Source: a virus (lineage: Duplodnaviria > Heunggongvirae > Uroviricota > Caudoviricetes). Taken from it: DNA of 38,643 bases. Under the pieces are notes generated by a model, which made no database searches, was not told the origin of the DNA, and was given only the letters and a program-made list of their open reading frames with translations. The position numbers and the translations under genes were made by a program. Positions 1 through 7,638 of this stretch are shown piece after piece. Position 1 is the stretch's first letter. The number at the start of each line of letters is the position of its first letter. The stretch lies in the IMG/VR virus record IMGVR_UViG_3300042483_000604. One strand, written 5' to 3'.

Positions 1-1755
1 CATATACTCTAAAAGAGATGCTATGTATGGTGTATAGTTAAATTTTTCCTGCTCTGCTCCTTCTGGTAGTCTCTTTTGTTGAGGTGTTTGATCAAAGCTT
101 ACATCTGCATACGTTTTTATGTACACTCCTATTCTATCTTGCTCAAATACTACTGTATATTTGTCTGAATCAATAGTTGTTCTTAATTGATCGAAAAGTT
201 CTATTAAATCTTCTCTATCTTTTGATGGAATAGCTCCTGATGGCTGTATTGGTGTTCCTGCTGATCCTTCTTTTATTACTTCTTTCTTAACTTTCTTTGG
301 AAAGAAACTTTCAAATACATTATCTACCGCAGTTAACATTTTATCTTCTACTGAATCTTCTTGCTGTGGTGCTATGATATCTATGATTACTTGCTTATCT
401 TCTTTTGATACTACTTTTGGAATCCATTTACCTTCTAATAAGAACTTTTCCGACTTTCTAATATCAGTTGCTGAGAATTTATCGTCCTCTTTGTTTGTGA
501 TGACAGGTAATTCTTTTACTTCTACGTTACTGTATTCACCTTTCTGCTTTTTCTTTTCTATTCCAGAGAATTTACCCATTTCATCAGCCATAGCTCCTGT
601 AATAATGTTTGTTACTTTGTCTTGATTTGCATCAATCCATTCATATGTATCTAATATTGGAGTTACTTTACTGATTACAATCTCCATTGGTACATTTATG
701 TATTTTGCATAGATTTCCCAAATAGCTTTTGATTGTTCTGCTGTAATTTTTACACCTTCTCTAATCTTAGGTCCGATAAATATTACAATTTTATCTGCTT
801 TAGTAGATAGGAATTTAGCATTTTCAAAGTGAGCTAAATGCGGTGGTTTAAATCCTCCAGCATAAAGTGCTACTACTTCAGATCCATCATCTAAAGCTTC
901 TGCAAGTGTTTGTGCTACTTTTTCTAATGCATCTTCTTTACCTTTTCCTTTGGCTGTTCCAACCTCTCCTGATTTAACAGATACCATTGATTTAAAAATA
1001 CCTGCTATTCTATTTTTAGATCTAGCATTTGTAAGTTTTTTAGCAACATCATCTAATAGATCTTCGAAAGAACCATCTATATTAAATCCTTTAAATAATA
1101 TCTTAATAGTACCCCAAGCTGTTGTTGACCATACCTCTTCTCTTGCTATTTCTCTAAAGTTTTCTAGTTTTACTTTTCTTAAAGACAGTTTTACCGATGA
1201 TAAGTTAAATTCAAACTCTTCACCTTTTTCTAGATTAGGTACATTTGATATACCCATTCTTCTAAATACATCTTGTGGGTCTTGTTCAAGTAAGATTACT
1301 TTTGCCAGTCCTATTAATAGTCCTTGCTTTTCAGCTGGTAAGTCTAAGAATGATCCTTTAAATGCATGCTCTTCTTCTGTAAGAGATATAATATTATCAA
1401 CCTGAATGTATTGATCTTCTTTTCCTACAATTGGATAGAGTACTGAGATTAGTTCACCTGAGTTATAGTACCTTCTTCCTGTATATTTTTCTGATTTAAA
1501 AGGTACAATTATGTTCTGCGGAAGAGCTAGAGCTGCATCGATAAGTCTTTGTTTAACTTCTCTCTTATCATCTCCTTCAAACCATACAATGATGTCTAAG
1601 TCTCCAAAGTCAGCTTTTGTACCTGCTTTAACAGATCCTGATAGAGAAGCTTTTTTAAAGCCTGGTATTTTACTTAGAACTTCTTCTACGTATTTGTTGA
1701 ATGTATTATGTACATCCCCTCTTTCGATTCTATTTCCTCCTGCTACTCCTGACAT
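1..1755 (-). CDS. Multidomain protein, 3'-truncated by the window edge (>=585 aa): N-terminal Pol-beta-fold nucleotidyltransferase + cytidyltransferase/NMNAT-like (HIGH) domain + further C-terminal region
   Basis: Not in the ORF track; translated by hand from ATG at 1755, open to base 1: MSGVAGGNRIERGDVHNTF...LSGSVKAGTKADFGDLDIIV...YIQVDNI (GS/DxD/D triad), then VALYAGGFKPPHLAH (HxxH motif, ~829-858) and KFSATDIRK (SxTxxR motif, ~457-474). Starts 1 nt after the stop of the upstream gene. Confidence 0.85.
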   Translation of the reverse strand, partial: MSGVAGGNRIERGDVHNTFNKYVEEVLSKIPGFKKASLSGSVKAGTKADFGDLDIIVWFEGDDKREVKQRLIDAALALPQNIIVPFKSEKYTGRRYYNSGELISVLYPIVGKEDQYIQVDNIISLTEEEHAFKGSFLDLPAEKQGLLIGLAKVILLEQDPQDVFRRMGISNVPNLEKGEEFEFNLSSVKLSLRKVKLENFREIAREEVWSTTAWGTIKILFKGFNIDGSFEDLLDDVAKKLTNARSKNRIAGIFKSMVSVKSGEVGTAKGKGKEDALEKVAQTLAEALDDGSEVVALYAGGFKPPHLAHFENAKFLSTKADKIVIFIGPKIREGVKITAEQSKAIWEIYAKYINVPMEIVISKVTPILDTYEWIDANQDKVTNIITGAMADEMGKFSGIEKKKQKGEYSNVEVKELPVITNKEDDKFSATDIRKSEKFLLEGKWIPKVVSKEDKQVIIDIIAPQQEDSVEDKMLTAVDNVFESFFPKKVKKEVIKEGSAGTPIQPSGAIPSKDREDLIELFDQLRTTIDSDKYTVVFEQDRIGVYIKTYADVSFDQTPQQKRLPEGAEQEKFNYTPYIASLLEYM

Positions 1756-1756
1756 A

Positions 1757-2665
1757 TTATACTTTATATTGTGTTAAGTTTGAATTATCTGGTAAGAACT
1801 TACCTTTTAATCCTAATCTTTCTTGATTTTCTATCCAATAAGATTGCAATTCTCCTGGTATATCTGCTCTTGTACTATCTAATATTTTTAAATAAGTATC
1901 ATATACAGCGTGTAAATCTTCCGGAGATAACCCCGCTTCCAGTGCTTCTGTTAATTTAAAATAGTCTCCTATCGTATCTCGATCTAGATTCAGACCATAT
2001 ACCTTATTCAAAAGGTCTATTGCTTGTTGCGGTTGATTTGCTACAATCTCTTGAGATTCTTTATCTTTTACCCCATAGTTATGAGAGAATGTATATCCTT
2101 TCTGAGAGAATAAAGATACAAGTAATTGTGTTCTATGCAATCCTTTTACGTTCCCTGAATATGTAGCTGAATGGTATGCAAACTGTAACCAATCAACATC
2201 TCCTACATTTACGTCTATTTGAACGTTTTGGCCTACTACTTCTACGTTTTCATCATACTGAGGAAATAATAGGAATAGAGCTCCTGCTCCTGATCCTTTT
2301 ACATCTGCTATGATTTCTGTATCCGCTTCTGCTATTTTTTGTGCTATTGCTACAATTACAGCTCTTTTTGTTAACTGATCATCTGTAGAGGTTCTAGCTC
2401 TCTTTTTAAATCCAACAAATAGGTCTTGAACATGTTTCTCATCTAAGCCCCAGTCGTTTATATCATCAAAGGATGACCCGGCAAGTGCTAGGTCAATATC
2501 CCCTGAATAGTCTTTCTTTCCTACAGATCCTAAAGTTTTCATTTCTCTAAAGAATGGTTCTGCTTTTGGAAATATAGTTTTGAACTGCTTAAAGAACTCT
2601 AATAGAGTAGGTTTAATATGTTCTTTTTTTATCGGTGCTGTACTACTAAATACGTTTCCTCCCAT
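1757..2665 (-). CDS. Pol-beta/PolX-fold nucleotidyltransferase
   Basis: LGSVGKKDYSGDIDLAL (GS..GDxD) and a third Asp in VQIDVN; no HhH or lyase domain seen. Confidence 0.75.
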   Translation of the reverse strand: MGGNVFSSTAPIKKEHIKPTLLEFFKQFKTIFPKAEPFFREMKTLGSVGKKDYSGDIDLALAGSSFDDINDWGLDEKHVQDLFVGFKKRARTSTDDQLTKRAVIVAIAQKIAEADTEIIADVKGSGAGALFLLFPQYDENVEVVGQNVQIDVNVGDVDWLQFAYHSATYSGNVKGLHRTQLLVSLFSQKGYTFSHNYGVKDKESQEIVANQPQQAIDLLNKVYGLNLDRDTIGDYFKLTEALEAGLSPEDLHAVYDTYLKILDSTRADIPGELQSYWIENQERLGLKGKFLPDNSNLTQYKV

Positions 2666-2669
2666 ATTG

Positions 2670-3164
2670 TTATGCTTTACTTTCGTTTACTGAAAAAAAA
2701 CTAGGGTCTGCTTTTAGGTTTGAATCTTTTTGCCAGATTTCGAACATAAAGTCACCAAAATATACTTCTAATTTACAAGTAAGACCTTTTGTATATTCCT
2801 CAAAATCTTCATCCTCTCCCATCAATTCTCCTGTTCCTGGATTAATATCGTCACTAAAGTTATATAGTACTTCCTCGTACTCATCTTGGTCTGGATCTTC
2901 TTCTAGTCTTTGTAATCTTTCTTGTTCTAGTATCTTTGCAAATTTACCACCTAACATAATTATAGGGTGATCCCCTTGTATTGTTAGTCCTGAGATCATT
3001 ATTGCTCTTTCAGAAGGTACTGCTGTAATTGGTTTAGCTAAGTCTATATCTGCTTTTCTGAAAGCCTGTTCTACTGTCTCTCCTTCATATTCCTCTTTTA
3101 GTAGTTTTGAATTAGCAGTTAATTTATTCTCTACTAAGAACTTTTTCAAATCAAAGTTTTCCAT
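2670..3164 (-). CDS. Acidic hypothetical protein with conserved leader MENFDLKKFLVENKL; candidate head-packaged protein
   Basis: N-terminus nearly identical to that of 5023..5733; rest unrelated. Confidence 0.7.
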   Translation of the reverse strand: MENFDLKKFLVENKLTANSKLLKEEYEGETVEQAFRKADIDLAKPITAVPSERAIMISGLTIQGDHPIIMLGGKFAKILEQERLQRLEEDPDQDEYEEVLYNFSDDINPGTGELMGEDEDFEEYTKGLTCKLEVYFGDFMFEIWQKDSNLKADPSFFSVNESKA

Positions 3165-3175
3165 CTTATTTATTT

Positions 3176-3211
3176 TACCTAAATATACGAATATTCTTTT
3201 GAATATCCAAC
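3176..3211 (-). promoter_or_regulatory. Host-type (Bacteroidota -33/-7-like) promoter
   Basis: Minus strand GTTG-N20-TATATTTAGGTA; same motif and spacing as copies at 35602, 37726, 38217 and 38473. Confidence 0.65.
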
Positions 3212-3232
3212 GATTATATTAAATAAATAGTA

Positions 3233-4015
3233 CTAAAGTTTGATAGTGGTCGGGTATGAAGAGAATTTAGGCTCTGTTGTTGGATTCTCTATTTCGTATA
3301 ATTTATAGATTAATTTGAATAATTCAAAGTTTTTTTCTATCTCATCTACTACTTTTAACTCCCATCCTTTACCTTGTATTTTTTTACCGCTCTTATCAGC
3401 TCCTCGAGTTGATGCTTTTAACCAAAGAATAGCTGTTCTGTCAATCTTAATTCCTTTTGTTTCTTCAATTGATTTAGCATAGGCTGCTAGTTGTAAGTCG
3501 TAGGATTTATGTAAATGGTTCGATGTCTTAAAGTCGATTAACCAATTCTCATCATTCATCTTTACAACGATATCGGCTGTTCCTGCATACTTGTGTTCAT
3601 CTGAGTAAGTAAATTCTTCTGTAAAGATTAGTTCAGGTTTTGCTACATCCCAGAACTCTTTGAATTTCATAATCATTCCCCATACCAATTCATTATAACG
3701 GGCATTACCGTAATCATCCATCCACTGGATTTCTTTACCTTCTAATAGTTCTTCGATTGCATTGTGAGTTTGAGTACCTTCATCTCCGGCTCTTCTCATT
3801 ATAATGTCTGAGTTATGTCCTACATCTTTTAACCATGATTCAAAGAACTTATTCTTTGGCATGTATTGAAGTACTGTAGTAACTGAAGGATAAAAGACTC
3901 CTTCCGATCGTTGATAAACCCTTCTATCTAAAAAATTAATCTGCTTTAATTCAGGTTTAAAGTCTAACCTTTTTTTGGCATGTTCTGATAGAACATTTTG
4001 TCCTTTTTGTATCAT
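3233..4015 (-). CDS. PD-(D/E)XK exonuclease (YqaJ/Cas4-like phage exonuclease)
   Basis: YPSVTTVL, GTQTH, YAGTADIV, IDFKTS, LQLAAYA motifs. Start moved to MIQKGQ (4015), 1 nt after the primase stop, rather than 4093. Confidence 0.85.
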   Translation of the reverse strand: MIQKGQNVLSEHAKKRLDFKPELKQINFLDRRVYQRSEGVFYPSVTTVLQYMPKNKFFESWLKDVGHNSDIIMRRAGDEGTQTHNAIEELLEGKEIQWMDDYGNARYNELVWGMIMKFKEFWDVAKPELIFTEEFTYSDEHKYAGTADIVVKMNDENWLIDFKTSNHLHKSYDLQLAAYAKSIEETKGIKIDRTAILWLKASTRGADKSGKKIQGKGWELKVVDEIEKNFELFKLIYKLYEIENPTTEPKFSSYPTTIKL

Positions 4016-4016
4016 A

Positions 4017-4937
4017 TTATGATAGTTTGTAGCGGAGTAACTTTCCGAAGTCCATTTCCTCTGCCTGTTGTACATAACGAGTGAAGCCTGCAAAGCCCAT
4101 CTCGCTTGGATCCTTATCTTGCATATCTACTAGATATACTTTCTTTCCCATATTCAGAAACTGTTCTGTATATGAGAGTGCTTTTTTAAATGCATCCCTG
4201 TCTAGGGCTACGTATATATCTTCTACCTGACTTGATACTATCTTTTTTATCAAAGATTTTGATAAAGACTTACCAAGTATTGGTACTGCGTTTCTTTTTA
4301 CTGCTATTGCATCAAATGCACCCTCTACAAGTACTATGGGCTGGGACCAGTTAATGAGGTTTTCGAACATTATAATATCTTTAGAAATCTCTGGACCTCT
4401 GTATTTATGGTATGCATCTTCGTAGGTCCTACCTACAAATGTATTTAGTTGGTTATTCTCATTATATGACGGAATAATTACTCTTCCGGCATATTCTCCT
4501 GACGTACAGTACCCTATATTGTATTTTAAGAAGTCTCTATCGGTAAAACCTCTTTTATATAGGTATCTTCTTACTTTATTTGCTATAATAGATGTATGAG
4601 ATGCTGTATAAAGTGCTTGAAACTCTTTAGGAAGTTCTACAGAAGTTGTTGGAGCATACCCTATTTCGTCACCTTTTCTTACATATTTAAGTATTTCATA
4701 TGCTTGTTCGGCAGGTACCTGTAACTGCTTAAGTAAAGACTTAATTGTACGTCCTTTAAGCCCACATACCCAGCATTCGAAAGGATTCTCTCCTTTTTCA
4801 TTGGTATGCATGTTTACCTCTAGCTTTGGTTTATGATGATTGCATTTTGGACAAGTAAAAGCATAGTTTTCCCTAGCTCTTTTGTGGGATTTTCCTAAAA
4901 CGTTCTCTATAAAACCTAATAAAATATTACTACTCAT
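4017..4937 (-). CDS. DNA primase (DnaG/T4 gp61-like): Zn finger + TOPRIM
   Basis: CPKC..H...CWVC zinc finger; RVIIP; VLVEGAFDAIA, ALDRDA and KDPSE TOPRIM motifs. Confidence 0.9.
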   Translation of the reverse strand: MSSNILLGFIENVLGKSHKRARENYAFTCPKCNHHKPKLEVNMHTNEKGENPFECWVCGLKGRTIKSLLKQLQVPAEQAYEILKYVRKGDEIGYAPTTSVELPKEFQALYTASHTSIIANKVRRYLYKRGFTDRDFLKYNIGYCTSGEYAGRVIIPSYNENNQLNTFVGRTYEDAYHKYRGPEISKDIIMFENLINWSQPIVLVEGAFDAIAVKRNAVPILGKSLSKSLIKKIVSSQVEDIYVALDRDAFKKALSYTEQFLNMGKKVYLVDMQDKDPSEMGFAGFTRYVQQAEEMDFGKLLRYKLS

Positions 4938-4960
4938 ATATGTACATAACCGATTGACAT

Positions 4961-4992
4961 CTTAAGATACGAAAAAAGGCTCACATAAGCAA
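4961..4992 (-). promoter_or_regulatory. Host-type promoter for primase/exonuclease
   Basis: Minus strand TTG-N20-TATCTTAAG, 23 nt upstream of the primase ATG. Confidence 0.5.
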
Positions 4993-4998
4993 GCCTTT
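4972..4998 (-). terminator. Intrinsic terminator downstream of 5023..5733
   Basis: Minus strand AAAGGCTTGC-TTAT-GTGAGCCTTT followed by more T: 10-bp stem with two G:U pairs and a U tract. Confidence 0.65.
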
Positions 4999-5022
4999 CT
5001 TTAGTTATTTTTACTCTACAGA

Positions 5023-5733
5023 TTACATCTTTCTTCCTGCATCTATTATAGCTTGCACTTGCCCTGCTAGATCTACATCCTCTTCCGCTATTACTGAGTT
5101 TCTAGTAAAGCCATCTGTTGCTGCTGCTCCTGCCCCTATTCCAGCTAAAGCACCTACTATTACTGCCGCTGCAACTATTGGCAATGCTGCTGCTCCAGCT
5201 CCAATTGTACCTGCCATTATTAATGGTGCTATAAGAGTTGTTAATGCTGCTCCTGCTCCTGCACTTCTTAGTATCTGTACGATTGTTTTATCTTTTTCTT
5301 TACGTCCTGAAGGATTATCATGGTATGCAGAATACTCGGCATTAGGACCGGATGATTTACCGCCTGAATACTGCCTTTGTTTTTCATTTGCAAAACGTAC
5401 CATATCTTCATATGCTTTGTCTGAGTCGTATTTTGACCTAACTACTCCAAGTTCTTCGGCGGTTTTAATTTCTTCAGGAGAAAATGCTTCACTAATATTC
5501 TCTGGTGCTTTAAAGTCACCGTCTACTATGTTAGCTGCTACCTTTGCTGCTTGTTTAGCTAATTGAGGATTGTTTGCTAATGTATCCTGCAGCTTTTGTA
5601 CTTCCGGTTTATTTATTAAACCTCTTACTAAAGCTAAGTCGATACCTTCTACCTTATTTTCGCTTAATAATTTAGAATTGTTTGTTAATTTATTCTCTAC
5701 TAAGAATTTTCTTAAGTCAAATGTGTTTTCCAT
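5023..5733 (-). CDS. Hypothetical protein with conserved leader and a C-terminal Gly/Ala-rich hydrophobic hairpin
   Basis: MENTFDLRKFLVENKL leader; ~50-aa uncharged stretch AGAGAALTTLIAPLIMAGTIGAGAAALPIVAAAVIVGALAGIGAGAAA. Confidence 0.7.
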   Translation of the reverse strand: MENTFDLRKFLVENKLTNNSKLLSENKVEGIDLALVRGLINKPEVQKLQDTLANNPQLAKQAAKVAANIVDGDFKAPENISEAFSPEEIKTAEELGVVRSKYDSDKAYEDMVRFANEKQRQYSGGKSSGPNAEYSAYHDNPSGRKEKDKTIVQILRSAGAGAALTTLIAPLIMAGTIGAGAAALPIVAAAVIVGALAGIGAGAAATDGFTRNSVIAEEDVDLAGQVQAIIDAGRKM

Positions 5734-6176
5734 TATACGTCTATTACTTTTATATTACCATAATACCTATCTTGCATTATGTTATCCATCTTAATTGAAC
5801 CTCCTGGTCCTTCTAAGTCTGGATATATTCCTAACATTTCTGCTTCTTCCATTATATCATCAATTGGAACATCTTGTTCAGATCCTGTAAAAGGTTCTAG
5901 ATTATCCATTGTGATGATTCCTAGTTTTGGATTTCTAACCTCTACATCGTATATGTATACAAAGTATTTAGTCTTTTGTCCTTTTATTTGCTGTGCATCT
6001 TCTAATTCTTCTGAATCAGTAGTTACTTTTTTTACTTTATTTCCTACTAAGAATACTGCTCCATAATCTCCTTCTCCTAAATACTCTCCTCCTTGATCAA
6101 CAATATCGTTAACAAGTTCTTGGTATTCTTGAGTTGGTGTGATTACCTCTTTTAGTATTCTGTAGATGCTAATCAT
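5733..6176 (-). CDS. Minimal protein-kinase-like protein
   Basis: Gly loop YLGEGDYGAVF, beta3 Lys (KVKK), alphaC Glu (SEEL), hinge IITMD, catalytic loop PDL...DNIM, terminal VIDV at the DFG position. Confidence 0.7.
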   Translation of the reverse strand: MISIYRILKEVITPTQEYQELVNDIVDQGGEYLGEGDYGAVFLVGNKVKKVTTDSEELEDAQQIKGQKTKYFVYIYDVEVRNPKLGIITMDNLEPFTGSEQDVPIDDIMEEAEMLGIYPDLEGPGGSIKMDNIMQDRYYGNIKVIDV

Positions 6177-6182
6177 TTATTC

Positions 6183-6587
6183 TTAGGTTATATCCATTTC
6201 GTAAGAACCAGCTTGAATACCTTTTGCTTTTAAAGCATCTACAATTTTAGATACTTCAGGGTCAGTGTAATCAGCTCTTTCTGGAAGATCTAATCCTGTA
6301 AGATTATTTATGATTTGGTTTGCTTCTTGGTAGTTAGATATTTTCTTATTATCTACATTTATTGAGTAGAATCTCTGGTTTGGGAAAGTATAGCTAATAT
6401 CAAGTCTTTGTATATTAGAAGCTTCTTCAGAAACAGATTCCTTTTCTTCGGTACCTTGCTTTGCAATTGTTGTTAAGATGTTTCTAAAATCATCTGTAGT
6501 ACCTCCTTTAGTCTCTCCACCTGGAGCATATTTTGAATATCCTTTTAATTCTTCTTGGATGATTCTTTTTAATTCAGATTTTTTCAT
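6183..6587 (-). CDS. Hypothetical protein with MKKSELKRIIQEEL leader
   Basis: Start moved to MKKSEL (6587) to avoid overlap; leader matches that of the adjacent gene. Confidence 0.7.
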   Translation of the reverse strand: MKKSELKRIIQEELKGYSKYAPGGETKGGTTDDFRNILTTIAKQGTEEKESVSEEASNIQRLDISYTFPNQRFYSINVDNKKISNYQEANQIINNLTGLDLPERADYTDPEVSKIVDALKAKGIQAGSYEMDIT

Positions 6588-6597
6588 TATATATGTG

Positions 6598-7173
6598 TTA
6601 TAGTATTGATTTAATTGCTGGGTATGCATTTAATATTGCTTCATCTGCTTTAGCTACTGTCTTTAAAGAGGCTAATGCTCCTTGGAACCATTCTGCTTTT
6701 GATAATCCGTTTACTGCTTCTGCTCCATACCCTGCTGCCATACTTGTAATAACAATTGCATAGATAGCTTTAGTTGTTGTTTCTAATGTATTTGGATCTT
6801 TTATAAAAAACCCTAACACTCTCTTAATTGGAGATTGAAAAGCTTTTTCATTATCATGTGCCCAGTGGTGTATTTTTTCTGCAAAGTCTTCTCCTTTTTT
6901 CCAGTTAAGTCTTTTCATTAACTTAGCAGCCATTTTAGAAATAAACCCTATAAGTGCATTTCCTGTTAAAACTCCTGCAATTACAGTTGCTACAATTGCT
7001 TCATCTAACTGACCTTCGTTCTGTTGCTTTTTATTCTTCAATTCAGACCCTATTGCTGTTGCAATACCGTTAGCAGTTGCCATTAAGTCTGTATCAAACT
7101 GTGCTTCTTCTGGTCCGTTATCCTGTATATTAAGTTCTTCTTTTATTAACTGTACTAGTTCCGATCTCTTCAT
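6598..7173 (-). CDS. Hypothetical protein with MKRSELVQLIKEEL leader and hydrophobic helices
   Basis: Hydrophobic segment AIVATVIAGVLTGNALIGFI directly after QLDE; second segment AIYAIVITSMAAGYGA. Confidence 0.7.
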   Translation of the reverse strand: MKRSELVQLIKEELNIQDNGPEEAQFDTDLMATANGIATAIGSELKNKKQQNEGQLDEAIVATVIAGVLTGNALIGFISKMAAKLMKRLNWKKGEDFAEKIHHWAHDNEKAFQSPIKRVLGFFIKDPNTLETTTKAIYAIVITSMAAGYGAEAVNGLSKAEWFQGALASLKTVAKADEAILNAYPAIKSIL

Positions 7174-7265
7174 TACTTATCTCTTTTATATTCTTCTATG
7201 ATTAAATACAATGCTAAGGTAACAACTGCTGCTATCCAATAATACGCTATGTTTCCTCCGTCCAT
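7173..7265 (-). CDS. 30-aa single-pass membrane peptide
   Basis: Hand translation MDGGNIAYYWIAAVVTLALYLIIEEYKRDK*; TAATG stop/start overlap with the next gene. Confidence 0.6.
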   Translation of the reverse strand: MDGGNIAYYWIAAVVTLALYLIIEEYKRDK

Positions 7266-7284
7266 TAGAATTTTATAGTTATTG

Positions 7285-7380
7285 TTACTTCTTTTTAGGT
7301 TTAATTATAAATAGTAAAGTATTTAATAGAATTGCAAAAGCACCTAATACTATTATGCCTGCTATTATATCCTGTATCAT
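7285..7380 (-). CDS. 31-aa single-pass membrane peptide
   Basis: Hand translation MIQDIIAGIIVLGAFAILLNTLLFIIKPKKK*; TAATG overlap with the upstream gene. Confidence 0.6.
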   Translation of the reverse strand: MIQDIIAGIIVLGAFAILLNTLLFIIKPKKK

Positions 7381-7637
7381 TAGTATTCTTTTATTCTTAC
7401 ATTTAACGTTCCTGTTCCTTTTATAAGTCTATGATAGACCTCTTTTGGTATAAAAATTTTACCTTCTAATACCTGCGGTAATTCATTATCGAATTGAAAC
7501 ATCCAATCGGTAGATTCTAATATCTCTACCTCTCTATCGTTTTCATCTCTATGCCATACAAACTCTTCTTCTGGGGTATCTTCTGTAAATTTTCTATAAA
7601 GATACTCTGATGTCTCTAACTGAAAATAAGGTCTCAT
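7380..7637 (-). CDS. Small cupin-like phage protein
   Basis: Start moved to MRPYF (7637), 1 nt after the upstream stop; FVWHRD...E and FIPKEVYHRL resemble cupin motifs 1 and 2. Confidence 0.6.
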   Translation of the reverse strand: MRPYFQLETSEYLYRKFTEDTPEEEFVWHRDENDREVEILESTDWMFQFDNELPQVLEGKIFIPKEVYHRLIKGTGTLNVRIKEY

Positions 7638-7638
7638 G

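Noticed and set aside
3233-4015. Cas4 / CRISPR association
   Set aside because: No Fe-S cysteines; typical stand-alone phage exonuclease coupled to primase.
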